DNA of 63,756 nucleotides, counting the filler, from Nemertoderma westbladi (Eukaryota > Animalia > Xenacoelomorpha): assembly GCA_032718475.1 (NCBI GenBank). It is 3 parts of 3 records of this genome, joined end to end, with 100 filler letters (N's around TTAATTAATTAA, not from the genome) between each part and the next. Parts side by side here need not be neighbours in the genome. Positions count along the whole stretch, not along the records: positions 1 to 28,503 come from JAUCBJ010005030.1; 2 more parts are not named here. One strand, given 5' to 3'. Below are positions 1 through 15,200 of this stretch, piece by piece. Position numbers and translations under genes: made by a program. The stretch's first letter is position 1, and every line of letters starts with the position of its first letter. Below the pieces are notes generated by a model. That model saw nothing but the letters and a program-made list of their open reading frames with translations, did not search any database and was not told the DNA's origin.

Positions 1-116
1 CCCCGATTTAAGCAACTCTTATCGTTGCAACTGGAAGCCAAGAAGTTGGACAACAAAGATTTCTTCGGTAAATCCGATCCGTATCTCCTGATCTACCGGA
101 AGGCGGATGACGACGT
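1..116 (+). CDS. CPNE: Copine C2 domain exon (5'-partial)
   Basis: Frame 1 reads PRFKQLLSLQLEAKKLDNKDFFGKSDPYLLIYRKADDD, containing the copine C2 signature LDxKDFFGKSDPY. Ends at donor gtaagt (117), phase 2. Paralog not assignable. Confidence 0.88.
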
Positions 117-394
117 GTAAGTCTTTATAGGCGGAACTGAATAGGGATGTAAGTCGGGGAGGTTAGCAAATTTACTGGGGAAAATTTCCTAGACATTTTT
201 CCCGAAATTTCCTATTTTATTAATTTAAAGTTTGCTTACAAACAAAATTTGACTATAAAAATGTTTCTTTATAATTTTGAAAAAAACTGACTAGATACAA
301 CTTGTCCTGTAACCATCTTTAACTTTTAATAGTAAATATTTACCGAAATATCACCTTATTATATTTGTATCAAATAATAATAATATGATTTTAA

Positions 395-1259
395 GGGGAG
401 TAGTACAGGCATCCAATTTTTTTTTTCAAATTTTTTTTTTCTGTTTCATCTAGAGCAAATTTTTTAACAAGATTCAAAATTTGAGAACCGTTTAGCAATA
501 TCTGTCTTTCTTCTCGAGATATGGCTGTCTGTCCGATTGAATGTCGGTTTGTCCGTCAGTATATCTGTCCGTGAGTAAAAAGCAAACTAAATGTCTAAAA
601 AAGTTTCCTATATGGGTTTTCGTGGTCGGTGACTTAATTTCTGATATCGGTATTCAAATTTGGGCTCGTCGTTTCTGTCTGTATTCCTTTCAGTCTGTCC
701 GTCAAAATATAACCGACAGACTGGACTGCCAAACAGACAATTTGGAAGTCATCAAATGTTAAAACTGACACTCGAAATGAATTCTGCGACCAGAAAAACC
801 CCTCTAGCTAAAGTTTTAACTAGATTGAATTTTTTTTGAACATTTTTTTTATTAATATTAATGAATTAATTTACTTAAAAATTAATTTTATTAATTTTAA
901 TTAATTAATTTACTTAAAAATTAATAATGTAAAAAATCAGCTAGATAATTATTGGAGATTCGAAGGTGCTGAGTCCAAAAATGTTGGTTTAAAAAAAATT
1001 TGATAAATAAATATTAAGGCACTAGTAGTGTTTTTATTGAAATAATTAATTCCGCTATTCGCCGCAGGTGGGACACAAAAAGTTTTAAAATTACCATTGT
1101 TGCTGATCTTTGGCCCTCCCCACGTTGGCTGAACATCACATAACAGTGATATTGACCTACAACACGAAGTTAGAGCTGTTTAAAAAAAATCTCCTTAGGG
1201 GGTACCCCCTCCCCCCCGTAATAGTAGTTTGTATGGATAAAATAACTGTACTATTCCCC
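395..1259. mobile_element. Non-autonomous DNA transposon (MITE) with TTAA TSD, Kolobok-like
   Basis: TTAA at 391-394 and 1260-1263. TIRs GGGGAGTAGTACAG / CTGTACTATTCCCC (14 bp, 1 mismatch). Purine termini with TTAA fit Kolobok better than piggyBac. Confidence 0.75.
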
Positions 1260-1511
1260 TTAACTAAATTATGATTGTGACTTTGTATTTTGTCGATTTC
1301 ATTATTAACCTAAATATTTTATATTGAACGCAATTTCGGAAATAATAAATTTTCAACTTTCACAATTTAATACCTCCTGCTATTTTTCCTCCGGCTACAT
1401 TCTGAAAACACATAGGAAAACACAAGTAGAGTAAACATACTAGAAACACGTGATTCCAGCTTAGTTGTGTTGAGGTGGTTCGTTTGTCTTGACTCTTGTT
1501 GTCGTAACATA

Positions 1512-1668
1512 AAGGACCCTCTTGGAAATAAGCTGCAAAGCTTTAGGGGTAATCCTATATGTTATGTTGGACAATACCTTTATATCGGTACATTGTTTGG
1601 GGTGTATTTGTTATAATGATGTATATAATGTAAATATATACATAATGTATAAATAAATCTATCTATCA
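1512..1668 (+). mobile_element. Probable 3' end remnant of an L2/Crack-type LINE
   Basis: GGACCCTCTTGGAAATAAGCTGCAAAGCTTTAGGGGTAATCC stem-loop region, then AATAAA and a short (TCTA)n tail. Recognised from memory of such 3' UTRs, not by search. Confidence 0.4.
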
Positions 1669-1994
1669 GGGAGGGATGGCATAACGAAATTCAAATTCAA
1701 AAATTTCGTTTAGTTTTTACCAATTCCGAGAAAAATTTTCGTTTCTCATTTAGTTTCGTTTTTTTTTTATCAATCTATGAAATTTCTTCTATATTGTTTT
1801 GATTTTAGCAAATAAAAGTTTTAAATATCAACAGCCCCCCCCCCCCCCCACCCCCCCCCCCATGTAGTTAGCGGATCCATTCCGCTATACATTTCCTACC
1901 ATAAAATGAGGGGGGGAGCCATTTACTAAGTTGGCCATAGAGGTATCCAACAGGGCATACCATCAATGGGATGATGCAACAGGCCAGCTGGGCA

Positions 1995-4900
1995 ATGGGT
2001 TAACAATCCACCTCAGTGGACTGAGAGTAACAAAGGGTTAACAATGGGACAGAGGGGTAACAAAGGGTTAACAATCCACCTCAGTGGACTGAGGGTAACA
2101 AAGGGTTAACAATGGGACAGAGGGTAACAAAGGGTTAACAATCCACCTCAGTGACTGAGGGTAACAAAGGGTTAACAATCCACCTCGGTGGACTGAGGGT
2201 AACAAAGGTGTTAACAATCCACCTCAGTGGACTGAGAGTAACAAAGGGTTAACAATCGGGACAGAGGGTAACAATGGGTTAACAATCCACCTCAGTGGAC
2301 TGAGGGTAACAAAGGGTTAACAATCCACCTCAGTGAACTGAGGGTAACAAAGGGTTAACAATCCACCTCAGTGGACTGAGGGTAACAAAGGGTTAACAAT
2401 CCACCTCAGTGGATCTGAGGGTAACAAAGGGTTAACAATCGGGACAGAGGGTAACAAAGGTTAACAATCCACCTCAGTGGACTGAGGGTAACAAAGGGTT
2501 AACAATCCACCTCAGTGGACTGAGGGTAACAAAGGGTTAACAATGGGACAGAGGGTAACAAAGGGTTAACAATCCACCTCAGTGGACTGAGGGGTAACAA
2601 AGGGTTAACAATCCACCTCAGTGGACTGAGGGTAACAAAGCGTTAACAATCCACCTCAGTGGACTGAGGGTAACCAAAGGGTTAACAATCCACCTCAGTG
2701 GACTGAGGGTAACAAAGGGTTAACAATGGGACAGAGGGTAACAAAGGGTTAACAATCCACCTCAGTGGACTGAGGGTAACAAAGGGTTAACAATCCACCT
2801 CAGTGGACTGAGGGTAACAAAGGGTTAACAATGGGACAGAGGGTAACAAAGGGTTAACATCCACCTCAGTGAACTGAGGGGTAACAAAGGGTTAACAATC
2901 CACCTCAGTGGACTGAGGGTAACAAAGCGTTAACAATGGGACAGAGGGTAACAAAGGGTTAACAATCCACATCAGTGGACTGAGGGTAACAAAGGGTTAA
3001 CAATCCACCTCAGTGGACTGAGAGGTAAATCAAAGGAGTTAACAATCCACCTCATGTGAACTGAGGGTAACAAAGGGTTAACAATCCACCTCAGTGGGAC
3101 TGAGGGTAACAAAGGGTTAACAATCCACCTCAGTGGACTGAGGGTAACAACAGGGTTAACAATCCACCTCAGTGAACTGAGGGGTAACAATGGGTTAACA
3201 ATCCACCTCGGTGGACTGAGGGTAACAAAGGGTTAACAATCCACCTCAGTGGACTGAGGGTAACAATGGGTTAACAATCCACCTCAGTGGACTGAGGGTA
3301 ACAAAGGGTTAACAATCCACCTCAGTGAACTGAGGGTAACAAAGGGTTAACAATCCACCTCAGTGAACTGAGGGTAACAATGGGTTAACAATCCAACCTC
3401 AGGTGGACTGAGGGTAACAAAGGGTTAACAATCCACCTCAGTGGACTGAGGGTAACAATGGGTTAACAATCCACCTCAGTGGGACTGAGGGTAACAAAGG
3501 GTTAACAATCCACCTCAGTGGACTGAGGGTAACCACCAAGGGGTTAACAATCCACCTCAGTGGACTGAGGGTAACAAAGGGTTATACAATCCACCTCAGT
3601 GGACTGAGGGTAACAAAGGGTTAACAATCCACCTCAGTGGACTGAGGGTTAACAATGGGTTAACAATCCACCTCGGTGGACTGAGGGGTAACAAAGGGGT
3701 TAACAATCCACCTCAGTGAACTGAGGGTAACAATGGGTTAACAATCCACCTCAGTGGACTGAGGGTAACAAAGGGTTAACAATCCACCTCAGTGGACTGA
3801 GGGTAACAAAGGGTTAACAATCCACCGCAGTGGACTGAGGGTAACAAAGGGTTAACAATCCACCTCAGTGGACTGAGGGTAACAAAGGGTTAACAATCCA
3901 CCTCAGTGGACTGAGGGTAACAAAGGGTTAACAATCCACCTCAGTGAACTGAGGGTAACAAAGGGTTAACAATCCACCTCAGTGGACTGAGGGTAACAAT
4001 GGGTTAACAATCCACCTCGGTGGACTGAGGGTAACAAAGGGTTAACAATCCACCTCAGTGGACTGAGGGTAACAATGGGTTAACAATCCACCTCAGTGGA
4101 CTGAGGGTAACAAAGGGTTAACAATCCACCTCAGTGGACTGAGGGTAACAAAGGGTTAACAATCCACCTCAGTGGACTGAGGGTAACAAAGGGTTAACAA
4201 TCCACCTCAGTGGACTGAGGGTAACAAAGGGTTAACAATCCACCTCAGTGAACTGAGGGTAACAAAGGGTTAACAATCCACCTCAGTGAACTGAGGGTAA
4301 CAATGGGTTAACAATCCACCTCGGTGGACTGAGGGTAACAAAGGGTTAACAATCCACCTCAGTGGACTGAGGGTAACAAAGGGTTAACAATCCACCTCAG
4401 TGAACTGAGGGTAACAATGGGTTAACAATCCACCTCGGTGGACTGAGGGTAACAAAGGGTTAACAATCCGCCTCAGTGGACTGAGGGTAACAAAGGGTTA
4501 ACAATCCACCTCAGTGAACTGAGGGTAACAATGGGTTAACAATCCACCTCAGTGGACTGAGAGTAACAAAGGGTTAACAATGGGATGATGCAACAGGGCC
4601 AGCTGGGCAATGGGTTAACAATCCACCTCAGTGGACTGAGGGTAACAAAGGGTTAACAATCCACCTCAGTGAACTGAGGGTAACAATGGGTTAACAATCC
4701 ACCTCAGTGGACTGAGAGTAACAAAGGGTTAACAATGGGATGATGCAACAGGGCCAGCTGGGCAATGGGTTAACAATCCACCTCAGTGGACTGAGGGTAA
4801 CAAAGGGTTAACAATCCACCTCAGTGGACTGAGGGTAACAAAGGGTTAACAATCCACCTCAGTGGACTGAGGGTAACAATGGGTTAACAATCCACCTCAG

Positions 4901-7265
4901 TGGACTGAGGGTAACAAAGGGTTAACAATCCACCTCAGTGAACTGAGGGTAACAAAGGGTTAACAATCCACCTCAGTGAACTGAGGGTAACAATGGGTTA
5001 ACAATCCACCTCGGTGGACTGAGGGTAACAAAGGGTTAACAATCCACCTCAGTGGACTGAGGGTAACAATGGGTTAACAATCCACCTCAGTGGACTGAGG
5101 GTAACAAAGGGTTAACAATCCACCTCAGTGGACTGAGGGTAACAAAGGGTTAACAATCCACCTCAGTGGACTGAGGGTAACAAAGGGTTAACAATCCACC
5201 TCAGTGAACTGAGGGTAACAAAGGGTTAACAATCCACCTCAGTGAACTGAGGGTAACAATGGGTTAACAATCCACCTCGGTGGACTGAGGGTAACAAAGG
5301 GTTAACAATCCACCTCAGTGAACTGAGGGTAACAATGGGTTAACAATCCACCTCAGTGGACTGAGGGTAACAAAGGGTTAACAATCCACCTCAGTGGACT
5401 GAGGGTAACAAAGGGTTAACAATCCACCTCAGTGGACTGAGGGTAACAAAGGGTTAACAATCCACCTCAGTGGACTGAGGGTAACAAAGGGTTAACAATC
5501 CACCTCAGTGGACTGAGGGTAACAAAGGGTTAACAATCCACCTCAGTGAACTGAGGGTAACAAAGGGTTAACAATCCACCTCAGTGAACTGAGGGTAACA
5601 ATGGGTTAACAATCCACCTCGGTGGACTGAGGGTAACAAAGGGTTAACAATCCACCTCAGTGGACTGAGGGTAACAATGGGTTAACAATCCACCTCAGTG
5701 GACTGAGGGTAACAAAGGGTTAACAATCCACCTCAGTGGACTGAGGGTAACAAAGGGTTAACAATCCACCTCAGTGGACTGAGGGTAACAAAGGGTTAAC
5801 AATCCACCTCAGTGGACTGAGGGTAACAAAGGGTTAACAATCCACCTCAGTGAACTGAGGGTAACAAAGGGTTAACAATCCACCTCAGTGAACTGAGGGT
5901 AACAATGGGTTAACAATCCACCTCGGTGGACTGAGGGTAACAAAGGGTTAACAATCCACCTCAGTGGACTGAGGGTAACAAAGGGTTAACAATCCACCTC
6001 AGTGAACTGAGGGTAACAATGGGTTAACAATCCACCTCGGTGGACTGAGGGTAACAAAGGGTTAACAATCCGCCTCAGTGGACTGAGGGTAACAAAGGGT
6101 TAACAATCCACCTCAGTGAACTGAGGGTAACAATGGGTTAACAATCCACCTCAGTGGACTGAGAGTAACAAAGGGTTAACAATGGGATGATGCAACAGGG
6201 CCAGCTGGGCAATGGGTTAACAATCCACCTCAGTGGACTGAGGGTAACAAAGGGTTAACAATCCACCTCAGTGAACTGAGGGTAACAATGGGTTAACAAT
6301 CCACCTCAGTGGACTGAGAGTAACAAAGGGTTAACAATGGGATGATGCAACAGGGCCAGCTGGGCAATGGGTTAACAATCCACCTCAGTGGACTGAGGGT
6401 AACAAAGGGTTAACAATCCACCTCAGTGAACTGAGGGTAACAAAGGGTTAACAATCCACCTCAGTGGACTGAGGGTAACAAAGGGTTAACAATGGGACAG
6501 AGGGTAACAATGGGTTAACAATCCACCTCAGTGGACTGAGGGTAACAAAGGGTTAACAATCCACCTCAGTGGACTGAGGGTAACAAAGGGTTAACAATCC
6601 ACCTCAGTGGACTGAGAGTAACAAAGGGTTAACAATCCACCTCGGTGGACTGAGGGTAACAAAGGGTTAACAATCCACCTCGGTGGACTGAGGGTAACAA
6701 AGGGTTAACAATCCACCTCGGTGGACTGAGGGTAACAATGGGTTAACAATCCACCTCAGTGGACTGAGGGTAACAAAGGGTTAACAATGGGACTGAGGGT
6801 AACAAAGGGTTAACAATCCACCTCAGTGGACTGAGGGTAACAAAGGGTTAACAATGGGACTGAGGGTAACAAAGGGTTAACAATCCACCTCAGTGGACTG
6901 AGGGTAACAAAGGGTTAACAATCCACCTCAGTGGACTGAGGGTAACAAAGGGTTAACAATCCACCTCAGTGGACTGAGGGTAACAAAGGGTTAACAATCC
7001 ACCTCAGTGGACTGAGGGTAACAAAGGGTTAACAATCCACCTCAGTGGACTGAGGGTAACAAAGGGTTAACAATGGGACTGAGGGTAACAAAGGGTTAAC
7101 AATCCACCTCAGTGGACTGAGGGTAACAAAGGGTTAACAATCCACCTCAGTGGACTGAGGGTAACAAAGGGTTAACAATGGGACTGAGGGTAACAAAGGG
7201 TTAACAATCCACCTCAGTGGACTGAGGGTAACAAAGGGTTAACAATGGGACAGAGGGTAACAAAG
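1995..7265. repeat. 38-bp minisatellite array (~135 units) in copine intron
   Basis: Unit AATCCACCTCAGTGGACTGAGGGTAACAAAGGGTTAAC, period 38 (4161 to 4199). Shorter ~29-bp variants and captured flank segments are interspersed. Confidence 0.97.
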
Positions 7266-7314
7266 CGCCTAAGGGAGGCAGAAACACGACGTGTTTATCT
7301 AAAATTCTAAATTT

Positions 7315-8180
7315 TTAGTCCCTTTTTAGGTGACAGTGAAATAATGCTATGCTAATTATTATACGAATTAAGTAAATAACTTTCCAATAATTGCAACAAA
7401 GTTTGAAAAGGTTTGTCATTCGTTTATAAAGAATCTGAAGTTTGGGCATCAGAGAGTCTGTCTGTCGGCATATTACTTTGACAGACAGATCGCTGGACGG
7501 ACATAACAACCGACATACAGAACCACCAGTAGGTTGCCGTCAAATATGAAAACTAATTTTGGAAATTAATTCAGCAACCAGGCTAACCCCATATCAAAAA
7601 CTTTATATGGAATGCTTTCCTACTATTTTGACAGACAGAAAGACGGACAAACAGACAAACAAGACATACAAAATGGGCATCGCTGAAAATGAAAATTGAC
7701 AACATAGGAAATGAATTCATTGACCAGGAAAACCGCAACAAATAAGTTTTAGATAGTTGGTTTGCTGTCCTCATATTTTGACAGACAGTTCATTGAACGG
7801 ACAGACAGACTGACAGACAGACATAGAGACATATAGTTTTCTTTAAAAGTGAAAACTGACGTTTGGAAAGAAATCAACGACCATGAAATCCCCCTTAACA
7901 AAACTTTTAGCTAGGATAAATGCTTTTGTTCTATTTTGACAGACAAAGAGTCGGAAATAAAATCCCAGACAAACAGTTTCACATTTACACAGAGTAAGGT
8001 TAATATTATCACTCATGACCTTTGAACTACATTAGCTATTAACAAATGGTTGGGAGTTTTGAAATCCCCATAAAATTCTGCACCAGGAATGAAAAATCGT
8101 TTCCGCTTTAATCTTTTAAAACCTCAACTGCATTTTTCTCGAAATGTGACTTTGACCAGTTAACCCTTTTTTCTAGGTGA
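7315..8180 (+). repeat. Dispersed repeat (GACAGACA-rich), probable non-autonomous transposon
   Basis: 7321-7680 aligns by eye to the reverse complement of ~40720-41110 (shared AATTATTATACGAATTAAGTAA and CCAATAATTGCAACAAAGTTTGAAAA). Confidence 0.7.
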
Positions 8181-8330
8181 CACGCCACATATCCAGTTGG
8201 GTTGTGTTGTAAAGAACAACTTTTTAACAGATAACTTTATACATTATTCAATCCGGTTGTTCTATTACAATTAGCTTCTTTCTCTGATTGTATATTAATT
8301 ATTATTAATTATTAATATATTTATTGTTAG

Positions 8331-8477
8331 ATTTATACCAATACATCGCACAGAGGTAGTGAAGAATTCGTTAAACCCCCGCTGGGAGGCGTTCGATCTC
8401 AAGGTGTCTACCCTCTGTAAGGGTGATCATGATGCCCCCATACGGCTCGACTGCTGGGATTGGAATAAAAGCGGCAG
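8331..8477 (+). CDS. CPNE: Copine C2 domain exon
   Basis: Acceptor ttgttag, donor gtgaga, phase 2-2. Reads FIPIHRTEVVKNSLNPRWEAFDLKVSTLCKGDHDAPIRLDCWDWNKSG, matching copine C2B (TEVVKNxLNPxW, LCxGD, CxDW). Splices in frame to exon 1-116. Confidence 0.92.
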
Positions 8478-9289
8478 GTGAGACATAGGAGATATCGAAA
8501 TATAGACTCTACTGTGGGGGACAATATTACAGTGAGCCCTTCGCTTCAATATATTGAGTTATACGATATATTAGATGAAAGTAACACCGACAATTAATTA
8601 ATAGTTAGTATAATTAGTTAATATCACTCACTCATGTCGTCAGACCAACGTCATCGATCAGTTAGACTTATTAATTATATTACCTCGGGTTCACTTTATT
8701 GGTTTCTGTATGCTGTAAAATATTAATAATGTAAAATATTCAAAAAAATTGTTTATATTTTTAATATTAAATTTAATATTATATTTTTACTTTTATATTG
8801 TTTTATTGAGTATATTTTTAGATAGAAAGTGTTTTTTTATGATAGTTAAAAATAACTTAATAAAACTATAGACAGTATTGCGACAGAAATTATAACCTGT
8901 GCTGGTTTTCTTGCAAAAAATCACGCCCCTTCCATCTCTGTATCCACTCAACCGGGTGTCAGAACGGAGCGGACACAGCCACACTCGGTCATTAACCCCA
9001 AGGTAACTGATGTCTCGGTGAATGACCTCCATCTTGCAACAATGGAGCACGGATGTTTACTTATTCGACTAGCCATGGGGAGCGAACCAGTGATGGATCT
9101 TAAATGGTTTTCTACCTTGTCCTGAGTGGTCCTTGTCATAGCTTGGTCTTCCGCGATCATTGATGGCCAGTGATATACCCTATTCTAGATGGCGACGCCC
9201 ACGAATCCTCGATAACCTTCTGACCATTCATCGACTCGTTGAACAACATAGTCCACGATTGTACTCGAACACATGAGCAGCGTCGCTAC

Positions 9290-12200
9290 AGCTGTGTACA
9301 CATACAAAAAACTGGGGTCCGAATAGAATACACAACATATCGACACGGCTGTGTACACATACAACAAACTGGGGTCCGAATAGAATACACAACAACCAAT
9401 CGACACACCTGTGTACACATACAACAAACCGGAGTCCGAATAGAATACACAACCGATCGACACGGCTGTGTACACATACAACAAACCGGGGTCCGAATAG
9501 AATACACAACCGATCGACATGGCTGTGTACACATACAACAAACTGGGGTCCGAATAGAATACACAACATATTGACGCGGCTGTGTACACATACAACAAAC
9601 CGGGGTCCGAATAGAATACACAACATATCGACACAGCTGTGTACACATACAACAAACCAGAGTCTGAATAGAATGAACAACCAATCGACACGGATGTGTA
9701 CACATACAACAAACCGGGGTCCGAAAAGAATACACAACAACCAATCGACACACCTGTGTACACATACAACAAACTGGGGTCCGAATAGAATACACAACAT
9801 ATCGACACGGCTGTGTACACATACAACAAACTGGGGTCCGAATAGAATACACAACATATTGACACGGCTGTGTACACATACAACAAACTGGGGTCCGAAT
9901 AGAATACACAACATATTGACGCGGCTGTGTACACATACAACAAACCGGGGTCCGAATAGAATACACAACATATCGACACGGCTGTGTACACATACAACAA
10001 ACCGGAGTCCGAATAGAATACACAACCGATCGACACGGCTGTGTACACATACAACAAACCGGAGTCCGAATAGAATACACAACATATCGACACAGCTGTG
10101 TACACATACAACAAACCGGGTCCGAATAGAATACACAACCGATCGACACACCTGTGTACACATACAACAAACCGGGGTCCGAATAGAATACACAACATAT
10201 CGACACGGCTGTGTACACATACAACAAACTGGGGTCCGAATAGAATACACAACATATCGACACACCTGTGTACACATACAACAAACCGGGGTCCGAATAG
10301 AATACACAACCGATCGACACGGCTGTGTACACATACAACAAACTGGAGTCCGAATAGAATACACAACCGATCGACACGGCTGTGTACACATACAACAAAC
10401 TGGAGTCCGAATAGAATACACAACATATCGACACAGCTGTGTACACATACAACAAACCAGAGTCTGAATAGAATGCACAACCAATCGACACGGATGTGTA
10501 CACATACAACAAACCGGGGTCCGAATAGAATACACAACAACCAATCGACACACCTGTGTACACATACAACAAACTGGGGTCCGAATAGAATACACAACAT
10601 ATCGACACGGCTGTGTACACATACAACAAACTGGGGTCCGAATAGAATACACAACATATTGACACGGCTGTGTACACATACAACAAACTGGGGTCCGAAT
10701 AGAATACACAACATATTGACGCGGCTGTGTACACATACAACAAACCGGGGTCCGAATAGAATACACAACATATCGACACGGCTGTGTACACATACAACAA
10801 ACTGGGGTCCGAATAGAATACACAACATATCGACACACCTGTGTACACATACAACAAACCGGGGTCCGAATAGAATACACAACCGATCGACACGGCTGTG
10901 TACACATACAACAAACTGGAGTCCGAATAGAATACACAACATATCGACACGGCTGTGTACACATACAACAAACTGGGGTCCGAATAGAATACACAACATA
11001 TTGACGCGGCTGTGTACACATACAACAAACCGGGGTCCGAATAGAATACACAACATATCGACACGGCTGTGTACACATACAACAAACTGGGGTCCGAATA
11101 GAATACACAACATATCGACACACCTGTGTACACATACAACAAACCGGGGTCCGAATAGAATACACAACCGATCGACACGGCTGTGTACACATACAACAAA
11201 CTGGGGTCCGAATAGAATACACAACAACCAATCGACACACCTGTGTACACATACAACAAACTGGGGTCCGAATAGAATACACAACATATCGACACACCTG
11301 TGTACACATACAACAAACCGGGGTCCGAATAGAATACACAACATATCGACACGGCTGTGTACACATACAACAAACTGGGGTCCGAATAGAATACACAACA
11401 TATCGACACACCTGTGTACACATACAACAAACCGGGGTCCGAATAGAATACACAACCGATCGACACGGCTGTGTACACATACAACAAACTGGGGTCCGAA
11501 TAGAATACACAACAACCAATCGACACACCTGTGTACACATACAACAAACTGGGGTCCGAATAGAATACACAACATATCGACACACCTGTGTACACATACA
11601 ACAAACCGGGGTCCGAATAGAATACACAACATATCGACACGGCTGTGTACACATACAACAAACTGGGGTCCGAATAGAATACATAACATATCGTCACGGC
11701 TGTGTACACATACAACAAACCGGAGTCCGACAACAAACCGGAGTCCGAATAGAATACACAACATATCGACACGGCTGTGTACACATACAACAAACTGGGG
11801 TCCGAATAGAATACATAACATATCGTCACGGCTGTGTACACATACAACAAACCGGAGTCCGACAACAAACCGGAGTCCGAATAGAATACACAACATATCG
11901 ACACGGCTGTGTACACATACAACAAACCGGAGTCCGAATAGAATACACAACATATCGACACGGCTGTGTACACATACAACAAACTGGGGTCCGAATAGAA
12001 TACATAACATATCGTCACGGCTGTGTACACATACAACAAACCGGAGTCCGACAACAAACCGGAGTCCGAATAGAATACACAACATATCGACACGGCTGTG
12101 TACACATACAACAAACCGGAGTCCGAATAGAATACACAACATATCGACACAGCTGTGTACACATACAACAAACCAGAGTCCGAATAGAATACACAACATA

Positions 12201-15200
12201 TCGACACGGCTATGTACACATACAACAAACCGGAGTCCGAATAGAATACACAACATATCGACACGGATGTGTACACATACAACAAACCGGGTCCGAATAG
12301 AATACACAACCGATCGACACGGCTGTGTACACATACAACAAACCGGAGTCCGAATAGAATACACAACATATCGACACGGCTATGTACACATACAACAAAC
12401 CGGAGTCCGAATAGAATACACAACCAATCAACATGGCTGTGTACACATACAACAAACCGGAGTCCGAATAGAATACACAACCAATCGACAAGGCTGTGTA
12501 CACATACAACAAACTGGGTCCGAATAGAATACACAACCAATCGACAAGGCTGTGTACACATACAACAAACTGGGGTCCAAATAGAATACACAACATATCT
12601 GGGTCCGAATAGAATACACAACATATCGACATGGCTGTGTACACATACAACAAACCGGAGTCCGAATAGAATACACAACATATCGACACGGATGTGTACA
12701 CATACAACAAACCGGGTCCGAATAGAATACACAACCGATCGACACGGCTGTGTACACATACAACAAACTGGGGTCCGAATAGAATACACAACATATCGAC
12801 ACGGCTGTGTACACATACAACAAACCGGAGTCCGAATAGAATACACAACATATCGACACGGCAGTGTACACATACAACAAACCGGAGTCCGAATAGAATA
12901 CACAACATATCGACACGGATGTGTACACATACAACAAACCGGAGTCCGAATAGAATACACAACCGATCGACACGGCTGTGTACACATACAACAAACCGGA
13001 GTCCGAATAGAATACACAACATATTGACGCGGCTGTGTACACATACAACAAACCGGAGTCCGAATAGAATACACAACATATCGACACGGCTGTGTACACA
13101 TACAACAAACCGGAGTCCGAATAGAATACACAACATATCGACACGGCTGTGTACACATACAACAAACCGGAGTCCGAATAGAATACACAACATATCGACA
13201 CGGCTGTGTACACATACAACAAACCGGAGTCCGAATAGAATACACAACATATCGACACGGCTGTGTACACATACAACAAACCGGGGTCCGAATAGAATAC
13301 ACAACATATTGACGCGGCTGTGTACACATACAACAAACCGGAGTCCGAATAGAATACACAACATATTGACGCGGCTGTGTACACATACAACAAACCGGGT
13401 CCGAATAGAATACACAACCGATCGACACGGATGTGTACACATACAACAAACCGGAGTCCGAATAGAATACACAACATATCGACACGGCTGTGTACACATA
13501 CAACAAACCGGAGTCCGAATAGAATACACAACCGATCGACATGGCTGTGTACACATACAACAAACCGGAGTCCGAATAGAATACACAACATATCGACACA
13601 GCTGTGTACACATACAACAAACCGGGGTCTGAATAGAATACACAACCAATCGACACGGCTGTGTACACATACAACAAACCGGGGTCCGAATAGAATACAC
13701 AACCGATCGACACGGCTGTGTACACATACAACAAACCGGGTCCGAATAGAATACACAAATATCGACACGGCTGTGTACACATACAACAAACCGGGTCCGA
13801 ATAGAATACACAAATATCGACACGGCTGTGTACACATACAACAAACCGGAGTCCGAATAGAATACACAACATATCGACACGGCTGTGTACACATACAACA
13901 AACTGGGGTCCAAATAGAATACACAACATATTGACGCGGCTGTGTACACATACAACAAACTGGGGTCCGAATAGAATACACAACATATCGACACGGCTGT
14001 GTACACATACAACAAACCGGGTCCGAATAGAATACACAAATATCGACACGGCTGTGTACACATACAACAAACCGGGTCCGAATAGAATACACAAATATCG
14101 ACACGGCTGTGTACACATACAACAAACCGGAGTCCGAATAGAATACACAACATATCGACACGGCTGTGTACACATACAACAAACTGGGGTCCGAATAGAA
14201 TACACAACATATTGACGCGGCTGTGTACACATACAACAAACCGGAGTCCGAATAGAATACACAACATATTGATGCGGCTGTGTACACATACAACAAACCG
14301 GAGTCCGAATAGAATACACAACATATCGACACGGCTGTGTACACATACAACAAACCGGAGTCTGAATAGAATACACAACATATCGACACAGCTGTGTACA
14401 CATACAACAAACCAGAGTCTGAATAGAATGCACAACCAATCGACACGGATGTGTACACATACAACAAACCGGGGTCCGAATAGAATACACAACATATCGA
14501 CACGGCTGTGTACACATACAACAAACTGGGGTCCGAATAGAATACACAACATATTGACGCGGCTGTGTACACATACAACAAACCGGGGTCCGAATAGAAT
14601 ACACAACATATCGACACAGCTGTGTACACATACAACAAACCAGAGTCTGAATAGAATGCACAACCAATCGACACGGATGTGTACACATACAACAAACCGG
14701 GGTCCGAATAGAATACACAACATATCGACACGGCTGTGTACACATACAACAAACCGGAGTCCGAATAGAATACACAACATATTGACGCGGCTGTGTACAC
14801 ATACAACAAACCGGAGTCCGAATAGAATACACAACATATCGACACAGCTGTGTACACATACAACAAACCAGAGTCTGAATAGAATGCACAACCAATCGAC
14901 ACGGATGTGTACACATACAACAAACCGGGGTCCGAATAGAATACACAACATATCGACACGGCTGTGTACACATACAACAAACCGGAGTCCGAATAGAATA
15001 CACAACATATTGACGCGGCTGTGTACACATACAACAAACCGGAGTCCGAATAGAATACACAACATATCGACACGGCTGTGTACACATACAACAAACCGGA
15101 GTCCGAATAGAATACACAACATATCGACACAGCTGTGTACACATACAACAAACCAGAGTCTGAATAGAATGCACAACCAATCGACACGGATGTGTACACA

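Noticed and set aside
2000-3720. Excess single-base indels in the first part of the 38-bp array
   Set aside because: The scattered, mostly homopolymer-type indels look like unpolished long-read error rather than biology.
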